Positions 29,872 through 39,932 of a DNA stretch of 64,000 nt are shown here, in pieces (positions within the stretch are counted from its first letter, which is position 1; each line of letters starts with the position of its first letter). The position numbers were made by a program, and so were the translations under genes. Origin of the DNA: an uncultured Legionellales bacterium (GTDB lineage Bacteria > Pseudomonadota > Gammaproteobacteria > Eutrophobiales > Eutrophobiaceae). The notes below the pieces were generated by a model that ran no database searches, had not been told where the DNA came from, and saw only the letters and a program-made list of their open reading frames with translations. Location of the stretch: assembly GCA_913046215.1 (NCBI GenBank), contig CAJWRJ010000001.1:8897-72896 (forward strand), written 5' to 3'.

Positions 29872-30026
29872 CGTATTTTTTGCCCTAAAAAAACTGTTAA
29901 CTCACTGATAGTATATAGGAAAATCAATTTTCTTCGATTATATAGTCCTTCAAAATGTTTATCCTACTGACATTTTACTCAGCTTTTTGATAGTCTACAT
30001 ACGATAGATTATGTAAGGTAGTAAAG

Positions 30027-31250
30027 ATGCTTAATAAGATTCTAATTTCATTCGTAATTTTATTGTTATTCTCTGCCACACATGCGGGAGAATTAGAGCT
30101 TAATCCCAAACATCCAGATAAATACACTGTTGTTAGGGGCGATACGCTATGGGATATATCAGCGAAATTCCTAACTGAGCCATGGAGATGGCAAGAAATA
30201 TGGCAAATAAACCCACAGATTAAAAACCCTCATTTAATTTATCCAGGCGATACCGTGTCCCTTAGTTATGAGGATGGGCAGCCTATTTTGAATCTTGAAC
30301 GGGCAGGCAGTGTTGTATCAGGTAGAAATGTTAAATTGTCACCCACTATACGTAGTTCAGAGAATATTGAAGCAATACCAGCGATTCCACTTGATGCTAT
30401 TCAGCAATTTTTAAAATGGCCATTAATACTTGAGGATGATCAGATGGAAGATTGGCCATATGTTGTCTCTAGCTATGATGGTCATTTGATGGCTTCAGTT
30501 AACAATAAAATTTATATTCGAGGTATCCCAGAGAATTTGGGGGCAAAACAGTACTCTATTTATCGAAGAGGCCCAGCATATGTAAACATTAAAGAAGATA
30601 AAAATGATGATGATGAAGTACTTGGATATGAAGCAATATATGTGGGTCAGGCAAGAATTGAAAGAGGCGGCGATCCAGCATCAGCGATAATAACATCAGT
30701 TAAGCGCGAGGTGATGATTGGAGACAGACTCATTCCAAATTCAGAAAAAGATAATTTTACAACCGAATTCATTCCAAGTTCGACACCCAATAATGTCGAA
30801 GGAAATATTCTATCTGTTTTAGATGGTGTTTCCCAAATAGGACAATATCAAATCGTCATTCTTAATCTTGGTGAAGAGAGCGGCATAGAACCAGGCAATG
30901 TTCTGGGAATATTTCAAAGTAATGTTACAGTGGAAGATACTATTGGACCAAATAAAAGAAAAACAAAAGAAGAAGAAGACAATGATAGAATAATTTTTGA
31001 AAACGAAGATACGAATTTTTTTAATCGTGAATTGAGTAAATTATTTAATGCAATAAGAAATACTGTAAAGAATATTGATGAAAATTACCCAGGTTTTGCT
31101 AATAAAAAGACTAAGTCAGAAGCTATAAATCTACCAGATGAAAATGTTGGGGTTTTAATGGTGTTTAGAACTTTTGAAAAGATTAGTTATGCATTAGTAA
31201 TGGAAATAAGTGGCCCAGTACACGTAGCGGATGTGGTCAGAAACTTATAA
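30027..31250 (+). CDS. LysM peptidoglycan-binding protein (TsaP-like)
   Basis: Signal peptide; YTVVRGDTLWDIS..FL..PWRW.EIW..NPQIKNPHLIYPGD; VKLSP; LMVFRTFEKISYAL; divergent from def. Confidence 0.88.
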   Translation: MLNKILISFVILLLFSATHAGELELNPKHPDKYTVVRGDTLWDISAKFLTEPWRWQEIWQINPQIKNPHLIYPGDTVSLSYEDGQPILNLERAGSVVSGRNVKLSPTIRSSENIEAIPAIPLDAIQQFLKWPLILEDDQMEDWPYVVSSYDGHLMASVNNKIYIRGIPENLGAKQYSIYRRGPAYVNIKEDKNDDDEVLGYEAIYVGQARIERGGDPASAIITSVKREVMIGDRLIPNSEKDNFTTEFIPSSTPNNVEGNILSVLDGVSQIGQYQIVILNLGEESGIEPGNVLGIFQSNVTVEDTIGPNKRKTKEEEDNDRIIFENEDTNFFNRELSKLFNAIRNTVKNIDENYPGFANKKTKSEAINLPDENVGVLMVFRTFEKISYALVMEISGPVHVADVVRNL

Positions 31251-31310
31251 TTTTTTATAGGATAAATTGTATAGACTATATATCACTAATAATTACAATT
31301 AGGATTTTTT

Positions 31311-31787
31311 ATGAAAGAGTCAGTTTTAGATGTGCTTATATATTTGTTTGATCACTATGTTGAGAAAGAGCTTGAGATAATACCAAATCAAAAAGATCTA
31401 AAGGCACAGTTGAATCAAGCAGGTTTTGCAGATATTCAAATTGACAAAGCTATTGATTGGTTAGAAGGTTTAGCAATGAAAAAAGACAAGCTTGATATTG
31501 GGGCTACATATTCAAGGTCCACAAGAATTTTTAATAGTATTGAGAATGAAAAGTTGGATATTGAGTGTAAAGGATTTTTAATATTTCTTGAGCAAGCGGG
31601 AGTTCTCGATACTGAAGACCGAGAACTTGTTATAGATAGAGTAATGGCACTTGAAACAGAAAATATAGAATTGCAGCAACTTAAATGGGTTGTACTAATG
31701 GTATTATTTAATAGACCGGAAAAAGAGGCAGCATTTGCTTGGATGGAAGATATTATTCTTGATGAAGTTAGTTCTGTTATTCATTAA
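31311..31787 (+). CDS. smg: Smg protein (DUF494)
   Basis: VLDVLIYLF, L..AGF....I.KA..WL, C.GFL.FLEQ.GVL....RELVIDRVM, LKWVVLMVLFN.P. Confidence 0.93.
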   Translation: MKESVLDVLIYLFDHYVEKELEIIPNQKDLKAQLNQAGFADIQIDKAIDWLEGLAMKKDKLDIGATYSRSTRIFNSIENEKLDIECKGFLIFLEQAGVLDTEDRELVIDRVMALETENIELQQLKWVVLMVLFNRPEKEAAFAWMEDIILDEVSSVIH

Positions 31788-31833
31788 TTTTCTTTCAAAT
31801 AATTATTTTAATTAGTATTTATAAAAAATATAT

Positions 31834-34317
31834 ATGTCAAATTCGCTAGTTATCGTTGAGTCTCCGTCAAAATCAAAAACACTCGAGAGTTACTTGGGCA
31901 AGGATTTTAAAGTATTAGCCTCCTACGGCCATGTTCGAGATCTTTTACCAAAAAAAGGTGCTGTGGATCCAGATAATAACTTTGCAATGATATATGAAGC
32001 AATTGAAAGAAATGAAAAAGCAGTTAATGCGATAAAAAAAGCCCTCAAAAAAGCCGATACATTATATCTAGCTACAGACCCTGATAGAGAAGGCGAAGCT
32101 ATTTCATGGCATTTGTATGAGTTATTAAAAGAAAAAGGTTGTTTAGAGAATAAGGAAGTGCATAGAGTTGCATTTTATGAGGTCACTAAAAGCGCTGTTA
32201 AAGATGCAATTAAAAATCCAAGAGAGCTGTCACCAAATTTAATTGATGCGCAACAAGCTAGACGTGCTCTTGATTATCTAGTTGGTTTTAACTTATCACC
32301 TTTACTATGGAAAAAAATACAAAAAGGTTTGTCAGCAGGACGCGTTCAATCACCCGCTTTAAGAATGATTGTCGAACGTGAAAAAGAGATAGATGATTTT
32401 AAAGCTATAGAGTATTGGACAATAGAATCTGATCTTGAATTTGATAATTCAAATTTTTTAGGGAGATTGACAGAATATAATAACGAGAAGATAAAAAAAT
32501 TTAGCATTGAAAATACAGCAAAAGCATCCGATATAAAATCAAGTCTTGAGCAAGCATCGACAGGTGAATTATTGGTTAAAACTGTCACAAAAAAACAAAG
32601 GAAAAGACAGCCCACAGCTCCATTTATAACATCAACATTGCAGCAAGAGGCAATTAGAAAACTAGGTTTTACGGCACAATGGACAATGAGAGTAGCACAA
32701 CAACTTTATGAGGGAATTGATGTCGGCGATGGCACGATCGGTTTAATAACATACATGAGAACCGACTCCGTTAATTTAGCGCAGGAAGCATTGAATGAGA
32801 TACGTTCTTTTATTTCATCTCGGTATGGCGAAAAATCATTACCAGACGAACCCAGAGTTTTCAAAACTAAATCTAAAAATGCACAAGAAGCTCATGAAGC
32901 TGTTAGACCAACTTCTGTAACAAGAGTACCTAGCGAGATAAAAAGTAGTTTGACGGATGAGCAATTTAAACTATATGAATTGATTTGGAAAAGAACAATG
33001 GCAAGTCAAATGACACATGCCACAATTGATTCAGTAGCCGTCGATATGTCTTGTGGTGATGGTAATGTATTTAGAGCAAACGGTTCTTCAATAGCTGATC
33101 CTGGTTTTATGCAGGTATATCTTGAGGGTGTTGACGATAAGGATAGCTCAGAAGATGATGAGAAGATGTTGCCTCAATTAAAAGAGGGCGACAAGGTGAA
33201 ATTAAAACAAATAAGAAATGAGCAGCACTTTACCGAACCGCCTCCACGATATTCCGAAGCGTCTTTAGTAAAATCGCTTGAGGAGTATGGAATTGGAAGA
33301 CCTTCGACTTATGCGAATATTATTCAAACTTTAAGAAATAGAGAATACGTCGAAGTAGAAAATAAGAGATTTCACCCAACCGACGTTGGCAAGTTAGTTA
33401 ATAATTTTTTAACAGTGCATTTTAGTGATTATGTCGACTATGATTTTACTGCCAGACTTGAGGACGATTTAGATGCTATTTCTAGAGGAGAAAAAGAATG
33501 GGTGCCTTTGATGAAAAATTTCTGGACATCATTTAACACTCAAATACAAAATAAAGAAGCAACAGTTACTCGCGAAGAAGCTATTCAAGCGAGAGTTTTG
33601 GGTAAGCATCCTAAATCTGGTTTAGAAGTCTCTGTGCGTATTGGTCGTTATGGCCCATATGCACAAATTGGTACAAAAGATGATGAAGAAAAACCAAAAT
33701 TTGCAGGCTTACGTCGTGAGGTTAAAGATCCAGAAAGCGGAGAAATTTTACAGCCAGCACAGAAATTGGACAAGATCACTCTCGAAGAAGCGTTAGAACT
33801 TTTTAAGTTACCAAGACTTTTAGGTGAAACTAGTGAAAATGAAGAGGTTGCTGCTAGTATTGGGCGTTTCGGTCCTTACATTCGTTATGGTAGTAAGTTT
33901 GTATCGTTAAAAAGAGAAGATGATCCGTATACCGTTACCCTTGAGAGAGCGCTTGAGTTGGTGGCAGAAAAGAAAAAGGCGGACGCAGAAAAACAAATAA
34001 AACTTTTTGAAGATGAGGGCATATCAATTTTAAATGGTCGTTATGGTCCATATGTTACAAATGGGAAAAAGAATGCAAAAGTTCCTAAAGATGTAGAGCC
34101 AAGTAGCCTGAGTCTCGAGGAATCGATTGCCCTTTTAGAAGCAGCGCCTGCAAGAGGTGCGCGTCGTGGTAAGAAAAAAACAACTGCAAAGAAAAAAACA
34201 ACTGCAAAGAAAAAAACAACTGCAAAGAAAAAAACAACTGCAAAGAAAAAAACGGTTACTACAAAGAAAAAAGTAATACCCAGCTACAAAGAAGAAAGTA
34301 ATGTAACAGAGCCATAA
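31834..34317 (+). CDS. topA: DNA topoisomerase I with Topo_C repeats and Lys-rich tail
   Basis: LVIVESP, ATDPDREGEAI, SAGRVQ, GLITYMRTDS, GIGRPSTYA; three GR(Y/F)GPY repeats. Confidence 0.97.
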   Translation: MSNSLVIVESPSKSKTLESYLGKDFKVLASYGHVRDLLPKKGAVDPDNNFAMIYEAIERNEKAVNAIKKALKKADTLYLATDPDREGEAISWHLYELLKEKGCLENKEVHRVAFYEVTKSAVKDAIKNPRELSPNLIDAQQARRALDYLVGFNLSPLLWKKIQKGLSAGRVQSPALRMIVEREKEIDDFKAIEYWTIESDLEFDNSNFLGRLTEYNNEKIKKFSIENTAKASDIKSSLEQASTGELLVKTVTKKQRKRQPTAPFITSTLQQEAIRKLGFTAQWTMRVAQQLYEGIDVGDGTIGLITYMRTDSVNLAQEALNEIRSFISSRYGEKSLPDEPRVFKTKSKNAQEAHEAVRPTSVTRVPSEIKSSLTDEQFKLYELIWKRTMASQMTHATIDSVAVDMSCGDGNVFRANGSSIADPGFMQVYLEGVDDKDSSEDDEKMLPQLKEGDKVKLKQIRNEQHFTEPPPRYSEASLVKSLEEYGIGRPSTYANIIQTLRNREYVEVENKRFHPTDVGKLVNNFLTVHFSDYVDYDFTARLEDDLDAISRGEKEWVPLMKNFWTSFNTQIQNKEATVTREEAIQARVLGKHPKSGLEVSVRIGRYGPYAQIGTKDDEEKPKFAGLRREVKDPESGEILQPAQKLDKITLEEALELFKLPRLLGETSENEEVAASIGRFGPYIRYGSKFVSLKREDDPYTVTLERALELVAEKKKADAEKQIKLFEDEGISILNGRYGPYVTNGKKNAKVPKDVEPSSLSLEESIALLEAAPARGARRGKKKTTAKKKTTAKKKTTAKKKTTAKKKTVTTKKKVIPSYKEESNVTEP
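34171..34253 (+). repeat. Perfect 18-bp tandem repeat (AAGAAAAAAACAACTGCA x4 plus partial copy) encoding KKKTTA
   Basis: Identical units at 34171, 34189, 34207 and 34225, with an 11-nt partial copy at 34243. Confidence 0.95.
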
Positions 34318-34441
34318 ACTCTCCTCATATGAATCAAAAGCATATGAGATACATAAGATACTAGACAATAAAAGTTCTAAGAACTTAAAGCATAAGAAAT
34401 TTTAAAGGTAATAAAAACGAAATTTGTATTTTGGTAAGGTT

Positions 34442-34996
34442 ATGAAAAAGCTGCATGTGAAGAAAGCTATCCATGCTTGCCAGCAGGGTGGAATAATTGC
34501 ATATCCCACAGAGGCAGTATTTGGGTTAGGCTGTATTCCTTTTTTTGAACACTCTGTTCAAAGAATTCTCAAATTAAAAAAAAGATCAATTCGAAAAGGC
34601 TTAATTTTGGTAGCTGCAGATGTTCGTCAACTTGATGAATATGTTGATTTTTCAAAATTAAGAAATTCAAAAATGGTCTTTGATTCGTGGCCAGGACCAG
34701 TAACATGGCTAATACCCGCTAAAGAAACTACCCCGCACTGGTTAATTGGGTCCCATAATACGCTCGCTGTACGTGTAAGTTCAGATCAAATTATTAGAGC
34801 ACTCTGCAATAAATTAGGACCAATTCTATCAACTAGCGCAAATCCAAGTGGGAGTAGCCCCGCGAAGTCATATCACCGCGTAAGGCACTATTTTATGGGA
34901 AAAATTGACTATATTATGCCTCACAGCATAACAAATAGGGCTAATCCAACCGAGATTCGAGATGCTCAAACAGGAAAAACTTTACGTCAGAGCTAA
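34442..34996 (+). CDS. tsaC: L-threonylcarbamoyladenylate synthase (TsaC/YrdC)
   Basis: IAYPTEAVFGLGC, KGLILVAA, WPGPVTW, LAVRVS, STSAN; ATG at 34442. Confidence 0.93.
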   Translation: MKKLHVKKAIHACQQGGIIAYPTEAVFGLGCIPFFEHSVQRILKLKKRSIRKGLILVAADVRQLDEYVDFSKLRNSKMVFDSWPGPVTWLIPAKETTPHWLIGSHNTLAVRVSSDQIIRALCNKLGPILSTSANPSGSSPAKSYHRVRHYFMGKIDYIMPHSITNRANPTEIRDAQTGKTLRQS

Positions 34997-35015
34997 ATTA
35001 TTGATAATGCGCGTA

Positions 35016-35051
35016 TTGACAGTGGTAGTTGATTATTCGAGAATGGCCGGC
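35016..35051 (+). promoter_or_regulatory. Sigma70 promoter for the tRNA-tuf operon with GC-rich discriminator
   Basis: TTGACA (35016-21), 17-nt spacer, GAGAAT (35039-44), then GGCCGGC just upstream of tRNA-Tyr. Confidence 0.7.
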
Positions 35052-35062
35052 TTGGATTTTTT

Positions 35063-35147
35063 GGAGGGGTACCCAAGCGGTCAACGGGGGCAGACTGTAA
35101 ATCTGTTGGCTCAGCCTTCGTAGGTTCGAATCCTACCCCCTCCACCA
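35063..35147 (+). tRNA. tRNA-Tyr(GTA)
   Basis: GGAGGGG/CCCCTCC acceptor stem, CTGTAAA anticodon loop, long variable arm, GTTCGAATC, CCA end. Confidence 0.97.
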
Positions 35148-35291
35148 GAACAATTTTGTTTTGATGATTTGTATTGGTATATATTTGGAATGCTTAGTTA
35201 AAAGGAATATTTAAGAGCTCGCCAGAAGTAAGGGAAGAGTTGATTAAGACTTACGATAGAGTTTTGGTTGAAGTGGGTGATGTAAACATAG

Positions 35292-35365
<74 letters not shown>

Positions 35366-35449
35366 AAAAACTGAATTGATAGATTAAACGTAGTAATTGA
35401 AAAGCTGATGTTTATTTGGATTGAAAGTAGAAGCGAAAACGGGATTGTT

Positions 35450-35525
<76 letters not shown>

Positions 35526-35585
35526 CTTTTGGATTTTATTAAATTAAATACTATATATAGCTAATGAAAATGAGGTGTAATTCTA

Positions 35586-36776
35586 ATGTCTAAGGAAAAA
35601 TTTGAACGTACGAAGCCACATGTGAATGTAGGAACAATTGGTCACGTTGATCATGGTAAAACCACTCTGACGGCGGCGATTACAAAGACTATGTCTGAAA
35701 AACATGGCGGCGAATTTAAAGCCTATGATCAAATTGATAACGCACCTGAAGAACGGGAACGTGGGATCACTATTGCAACGGCTCATGTTGAATACGAGAG
35801 CGAGACACGCCATTATGCTCATGTTGATTGCCCGGGACATGCTGATTACGTAAAGAATATGATTACAGGTGCTGCTCAAATGGATGGAGCAATACTTGTA
35901 TGTAGCGCGGCTGACGGCCCAATGCCTCAAACACGAGAGCACATACTTTTATCAAAACAGGTTGGGGTTCCATATATCGTTGTATATCTCAACAAAGCTG
36001 ATCAAGTTGATGATGCCGAATTATTAGAACTGGTTGAAATGGAAGTCAGAGAGCTTCTGGATTCATATGAGTTTCCTGGAGACGCCACTCCAATTGTCAC
36101 TGGTTCTGCATTAAAAGCGATTGAGGGGGATACTTCAGATATAGGTATTCCGTCAATTGAAAAATTGGTTGCGGAAATGGACAGTTATTTCCCTGTTCCT
36201 GAACGCCCAGTTGATCAGCCATTTTTAATGCCAATTGAAGATGTGTTTTCAATATCTGGTCGAGGCACGGTTGTTACAGGACGAGTTGAGCGTGGTGTTG
36301 TTAAAGTTAACGAAGAAATTGAAATTGTTGGTATAAAAGATACACAAAGCACAACTTGTACTGGTGTTGAAATGTTTCGTAAATTACTCGACGAAGGTCA
36401 AGCAGGCGATAATGTGGGTGTATTGTTGCGTGGTACTAAACGTGAAGAAGTTGAACGAGGTCAAGTTTTATGTAAACCAGGATCAATAACACCACATACT
36501 CATTTTGAAGCGGAAGTTTATGTTTTAAGTAAGGACGAAGGAGGTCGGCATACTCCATTTTTTGCTAATTACAGACCTCAATTCTACTTTCGGACGACAG
36601 ATGTGACTGGAGCAGTTGAGCTTCCCTCTGGAACAGAAATGGTTATGCCTGGCGATAACATTAAAATAAAAGTGAAGCTAATAGCTCCAATTGCAATGGA
36701 AGAAAATTTACGTTTTGCAATAAGAGAAGGTGGTCGTACTGTAGGTGCAGGGGTTGTCTCTAAGATTATTGAGTAG
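35586..36776 (+). CDS. tuf: Elongation factor Tu (tufB-type locus)
   Basis: [29 protein letters not shown]. Confidence 0.99.
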   Translation: MSKEKFERTKPHVNVGTIGHVDHGKTTLTAAITKTMSEKHGGEFKAYDQIDNAPEERERGITIATAHVEYESETRHYAHVDCPGHADYVKNMITGAAQMDGAILVCSAADGPMPQTREHILLSKQVGVPYIVVYLNKADQVDDAELLELVEMEVRELLDSYEFPGDATPIVTGSALKAIEGDTSDIGIPSIEKLVAEMDSYFPVPERPVDQPFLMPIEDVFSISGRGTVVTGRVERGVVKVNEEIEIVGIKDTQSTTCTGVEMFRKLLDEGQAGDNVGVLLRGTKREEVERGQVLCKPGSITPHTHFEAEVYVLSKDEGGRHTPFFANYRPQFYFRTTDVTGAVELPSGTEMVMPGDNIKIKVKLIAPIAMEENLRFAIREGGRTVGAGVVSKIIE

Positions 36777-36805
36777 AAAAAGTTAGCTTATTTTAATTAT
36801 GAAAT

Positions 36806-36881
36806 AGGCCAGTAGCTCAATTGGCAGAGCGGCGGTCTCCAAAACCGCAGGTTGGGGGTTCGATTCCCTCCTGGCCTGCCA
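36806..36881 (+). tRNA. tRNA-Trp(CCA)
   Basis: AGGCCAG/CTGGCCT stem, CTCCAAA anticodon loop, GTTCGATTC, GCCA end; between tuf and secE. Confidence 0.97.
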
Positions 36882-36920
36882 AGTTAAAGCCATATAGATA
36901 AAGACTAAAGTGATTAGCGT

Positions 36921-37298
36921 ATGAACTCTGACATAGAAACAAATTCAAGTAGGATGGATACATTTAAGCTCGGTTTGGCATTATTGATAATTCTTGCCGG
37001 TCTGGTTGGTTTCTATGTATACGCAGATTTTTCGCTGTTATATAGAGTAATAGCGTTAATTGCGAGTGTTGGAGTGAGTATTGCTATAGCCATGCAAACT
37101 GCTAAGGGAAGGCAAATATGGGGTTATTTTCACGACGCACAGATTGAAGTGCGTAAGGTTGTTTGGCCTACAAAGCAAGAGACAGTTCAAACAACACTAA
37201 TAGTTATTGTAATGGTAATAATAGTCGCAATTATACTTTGGCTATTAGATATGTTTCTTGGTTGGTCAGTTGGTCTATTAATGGGACACAGCAGCTAA
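36921..37298 (+). CDS. secE: Preprotein translocase SecE
   Basis: Three TM helices, [11 protein letters not shown]. Confidence 0.96.
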   Translation: MNSDIETNSSRMDTFKLGLALLIILAGLVGFYVYADFSLLYRVIALIASVGVSIAIAMQTAKGRQIWGYFHDAQIEVRKVVWPTKQETVQTTLIVIVMVIIVAIILWLLDMFLGWSVGLLMGHSS

Positions 37299-37302
37299 AA
37301 TA

Positions 37303-37836
37303 ATGACGCAGAAATGGTATGTTGTTCACGCTTATTCTGGTTTTGAAAATCAGGTGATGCGCACATTACAAGAGAGAATTCAAGACAAAGGTCTAGATGA
37401 AATGTTTTCGGAAATTCTCGTACCAACAGAAGAAGTTGTTGAGATGCGTGATGGTAAAAAACGCAAGAGTGATCGAAAATTTTTTCCGGGTTATGTTTTG
37501 GTTAAGATGGAAATGAATGAGGATACATGGCATTTAGTTAAAGAGGCTCCAAAAGTACTAGGTTTTATAGGAGGTACAAGTGACAAGCCTGCTGCAATAT
37601 CAGATAAAGAAGCTAATGCAATCTTGCAACGTGTTGAGGAAGGAGTTGATAAACCAAGACCTAAAATTTTATTTGAACCAGGCGAAGTTGTTAGAGTAAA
37701 AGAGGGTCCTTTCACTGATTTTAATGGGGTTGTTGAAGAAGTAAATTATGAGAAGAGTCGTTTAAGGGTGTCAGTTTTGATATTCGGTCGATCGACACCA
37801 GTTGAATTAGAATTTGGACAAGTTGAAAAAGAATAA
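37303..37836 (+). CDS. nusG: Transcription factor NusG
   Basis: [22 protein letters not shown] domain [17 protein letters not shown]. Confidence 0.98.
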   Translation: MTQKWYVVHAYSGFENQVMRTLQERIQDKGLDEMFSEILVPTEEVVEMRDGKKRKSDRKFFPGYVLVKMEMNEDTWHLVKEAPKVLGFIGGTSDKPAAISDKEANAILQRVEEGVDKPRPKILFEPGEVVRVKEGPFTDFNGVVEEVNYEKSRLRVSVLIFGRSTPVELEFGQVEKE

Positions 37837-37889
37837 TTTTTGAATTGATTGTATTTTTAAGCTTTTTGTATAGAAGATTAAGATTATAA

Positions 37890-37915
37890 GGGGAGCCGAA
37901 AAGGCGTTTGTACCC
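37890..37915 (+). promoter_or_regulatory. Ribosomal protein L1-binding leader upstream of rplK
   Basis: GGGGAGCC-GAAA-AGGCGTTTGTACCC just before the GAGG SD, matching the enterobacterial rplK leader pattern. Confidence 0.8.
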
Positions 37916-37931
37916 ATTGAGGATATAAGTA

Positions 37932-38372
37932 ATGGCTAAAAAGATTGAAACTTACATAAAATTGCAGGTGCCCGCTGGTCAAGCAAATCCAAGCCCACCT
38001 GTTGGCCCAGCACTTGGTCAACACGGTTTAAACATTATGGATTTTTGCAAAGCATTTAATGCTCAAACACAAAACTTGGAACCAGGGTTACCCGTTCCAG
38101 TCATAATAACGGTTTTTAGTGATAAGAGTTTTACTTTTGTTAGTAAGACTACCCCAGCATCTATTTTGTTAAAAAAAGCTGCGGGTGTTAAAAGTGGTAG
38201 TGGAACACCAAATAGCGACAAGGTTGGTAAAGTGAGCAGAGCACAGCTTGAGGAAATTGCAAAGACAAAAGATTCTGATTTAACAGCCTCCGATATTGAT
38301 GCGGCAGTAAAAACAATTGCTGGGACCGCACGTAGCATGGGCATAGAAACTGATATCGAGGCTAAATCGTAA
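37932..38372 (+). CDS. rplK: 50S ribosomal protein L11
   Basis: [22 protein letters not shown]. Confidence 0.98.
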   Translation: MAKKIETYIKLQVPAGQANPSPPVGPALGQHGLNIMDFCKAFNAQTQNLEPGLPVPVIITVFSDKSFTFVSKTTPASILLKKAAGVKSGSGTPNSDKVGKVSRAQLEEIAKTKDSDLTASDIDAAVKTIAGTARSMGIETDIEAKS

Positions 38373-39067
38373 TGGCACATTTATCAAAACGCGTGAGTGA
38401 ATTTAATAAAAAAGTCGAGCTGGGTAAACTTTATACAGCACAAGATGCTGTGAACTTATTAAAAGAAATTTCATCAGTTAAATTTGACGAATCAGTAGAA
38501 GTAGCAATTAATTTAGGTATTGATGCTCGGAAATCAGATCAACAAGTAAGAGGCTCAACTGTTTTGCCAAAAGGCACTGGAAAAGTTGTTAGAGTTGCGG
38601 TGTTTGCAGAGGGTGAAAATGCAAAAATTGCAAAAAAAGCTGGTGCCGATGCAGTTGGATTTGAAGATTTAGCAGAGACAATGCAAAAAGGTGATTTTGA
38701 TTACGGTGTTATCATAGCAACTCCAGATGCGATGCCAATTGTAGGTAAGCTTGGTAAAGTTCTAGGACCTCGTGGCTTAATGCCAAATCCAAAAGATGGG
38801 ACAGTTACGAAGAATATTGAAGAAGCAGTCAAAAATGCAAAAAGTGGTCAAGTAAGATACAAAACTGATAAAAATGGAATTATTCATTGTGTCATAGGTA
38901 AGGTATCTTTTGATTCTGATGCACTGATAGAAAATTTAAATATGCTGTTGACTGATTTGATAAAAATTAAACCATCTAGTGCCAAAGGCATTTATCTCAA
39001 GAGATTAAGTTTATCTACAACAATGGGTCCAGGTCTTTTAGTTGATCATGGTAGTTTATCTACCTAA
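38372..39067 (+). CDS. rplA: 50S ribosomal protein L1
   Basis: [25 protein letters not shown]. Confidence 0.98.
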   Translation: MAHLSKRVSEFNKKVELGKLYTAQDAVNLLKEISSVKFDESVEVAINLGIDARKSDQQVRGSTVLPKGTGKVVRVAVFAEGENAKIAKKAGADAVGFEDLAETMQKGDFDYGVIIATPDAMPIVGKLGKVLGPRGLMPNPKDGTVTKNIEEAVKNAKSGQVRYKTDKNGIIHCVIGKVSFDSDALIENLNMLLTDLIKIKPSSAKGIYLKRLSLSTTMGPGLLVDHGSLST

Positions 39068-39171
39068 ATATATGAGATGTTTGAATGGAAATTTATTGCT
39101 ATTCATTAGTTCAATATTTTCTTTAATGAATAGTGTTTTAGGAACTTTGTGTTGGTAGTTTTACTATCATA

Positions 39172-39270
39172 CGTCAAAGACCGTAGGTGGCAATAAACTG
39201 CCTTAATATCTTTATGCCTGCGCAGACGGTGCTATCGGATAATAGGATATCCTTTAATTTGTCACCGTAA
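39172..39270 (+). promoter_or_regulatory. L10 leader (rplJL autoregulatory RNA)
   Basis: CGTC-AAAGAC-CGTAGG...TTAA...CCTGCG-CA-GACGG core upstream of rplJ. Confidence 0.85.
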
Positions 39271-39273
39271 ACC

Positions 39274-39309
39274 TCTGTTTGAAAATTATTTTTTCAAATA
39301 GATTTTTTT
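39274..39309 (+). terminator. Terminator-like hairpin inside the rplJ leader
   Basis: 12-bp stem TCTGTTTGAAAA/TTTTCAAATAGA (one G-U) followed by T7; stem is AT-rich. Confidence 0.45.
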
Positions 39310-39362
39310 AACGTAAACACATTCTTTTTTGTGGGTACGAATGTAACAAAGGAGGCCTAGGA

Positions 39363-39881
39363 GTGAGTCTTACTCTTGAAGCAAAAAAGGCGATAGTTGA
39401 TGAAGTTAATAGTATTGCTGCCGAAGCTCCTTCTGCAATAGCAGCCGAGTATATTGGTTTGACAGTGACGGAAATGACTGAGCTACGTAAAGCAGCACGT
39501 GAAGCGGGAGTGTATCTAAAAGTTGTACGTAATACACTCGCGAAACGTGCACTTGAAAATACTCAATTTGAGTGTATGCGTGAAAGTTTAGTCGGTCCGT
39601 TATTATTAGTTTTTTCAAATAATGAGCCTGGTAGTGCTGCTAAAGTTGTACGTGATTTTGCAAAAAGCAATGATAAATTAGCTGTTAAGCTTGTTTCTTT
39701 AAATGGAGATCTTCTAGAAACTTCAGATATTTCCAAACTTGCTAATTTGCCTTCACTTGAAGAGGCTCGAGCTATGTTACTTGGGTTACTTTCCTCACCA
39801 TTTACTAAATTCGTTCGTACAATATCGGAGCCTCCTCACAAGTTAGCGAGGGTGCTTGGTGCGCAACGAGATAAACAGTAA
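39363..39881 (+). CDS. rplJ: 50S ribosomal protein L10
   Basis: GTG start after GGAGG; Y.GLTV..MTELR, VVRNTL, LANLPS.EE. Confidence 0.97.
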   Translation: MSLTLEAKKAIVDEVNSIAAEAPSAIAAEYIGLTVTEMTELRKAAREAGVYLKVVRNTLAKRALENTQFECMRESLVGPLLLVFSNNEPGSAAKVVRDFAKSNDKLAVKLVSLNGDLLETSDISKLANLPSLEEARAMLLGLLSSPFTKFVRTISEPPHKLARVLGAQRDKQ

Positions 39882-39932
39882 ATATTACAGGAATTTAATA
39901 AATGCAAAGAGATTTATTGGAGGGTATTTAAA

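Noticed and set aside
34171-34253. Tandem repeat as a CRISPR array
   Set aside because: No spacers, in-frame coding repeat inside topA, and no cas genes.
34324-34386. Two small inverted repeats after topA (CTCATATG/CATATGAG; AAGTTC/GAACTT)
   Set aside because: No U-tract and short stems; cannot be supported as a terminator or operator.
36806-36881. Alternative genetic code (TGA recoding) given the low GC content
   Set aside because: tRNA-Trp has a CCA anticodon, and TGA ends several conserved genes at the expected positions (rpoB, dapF, rpsE).
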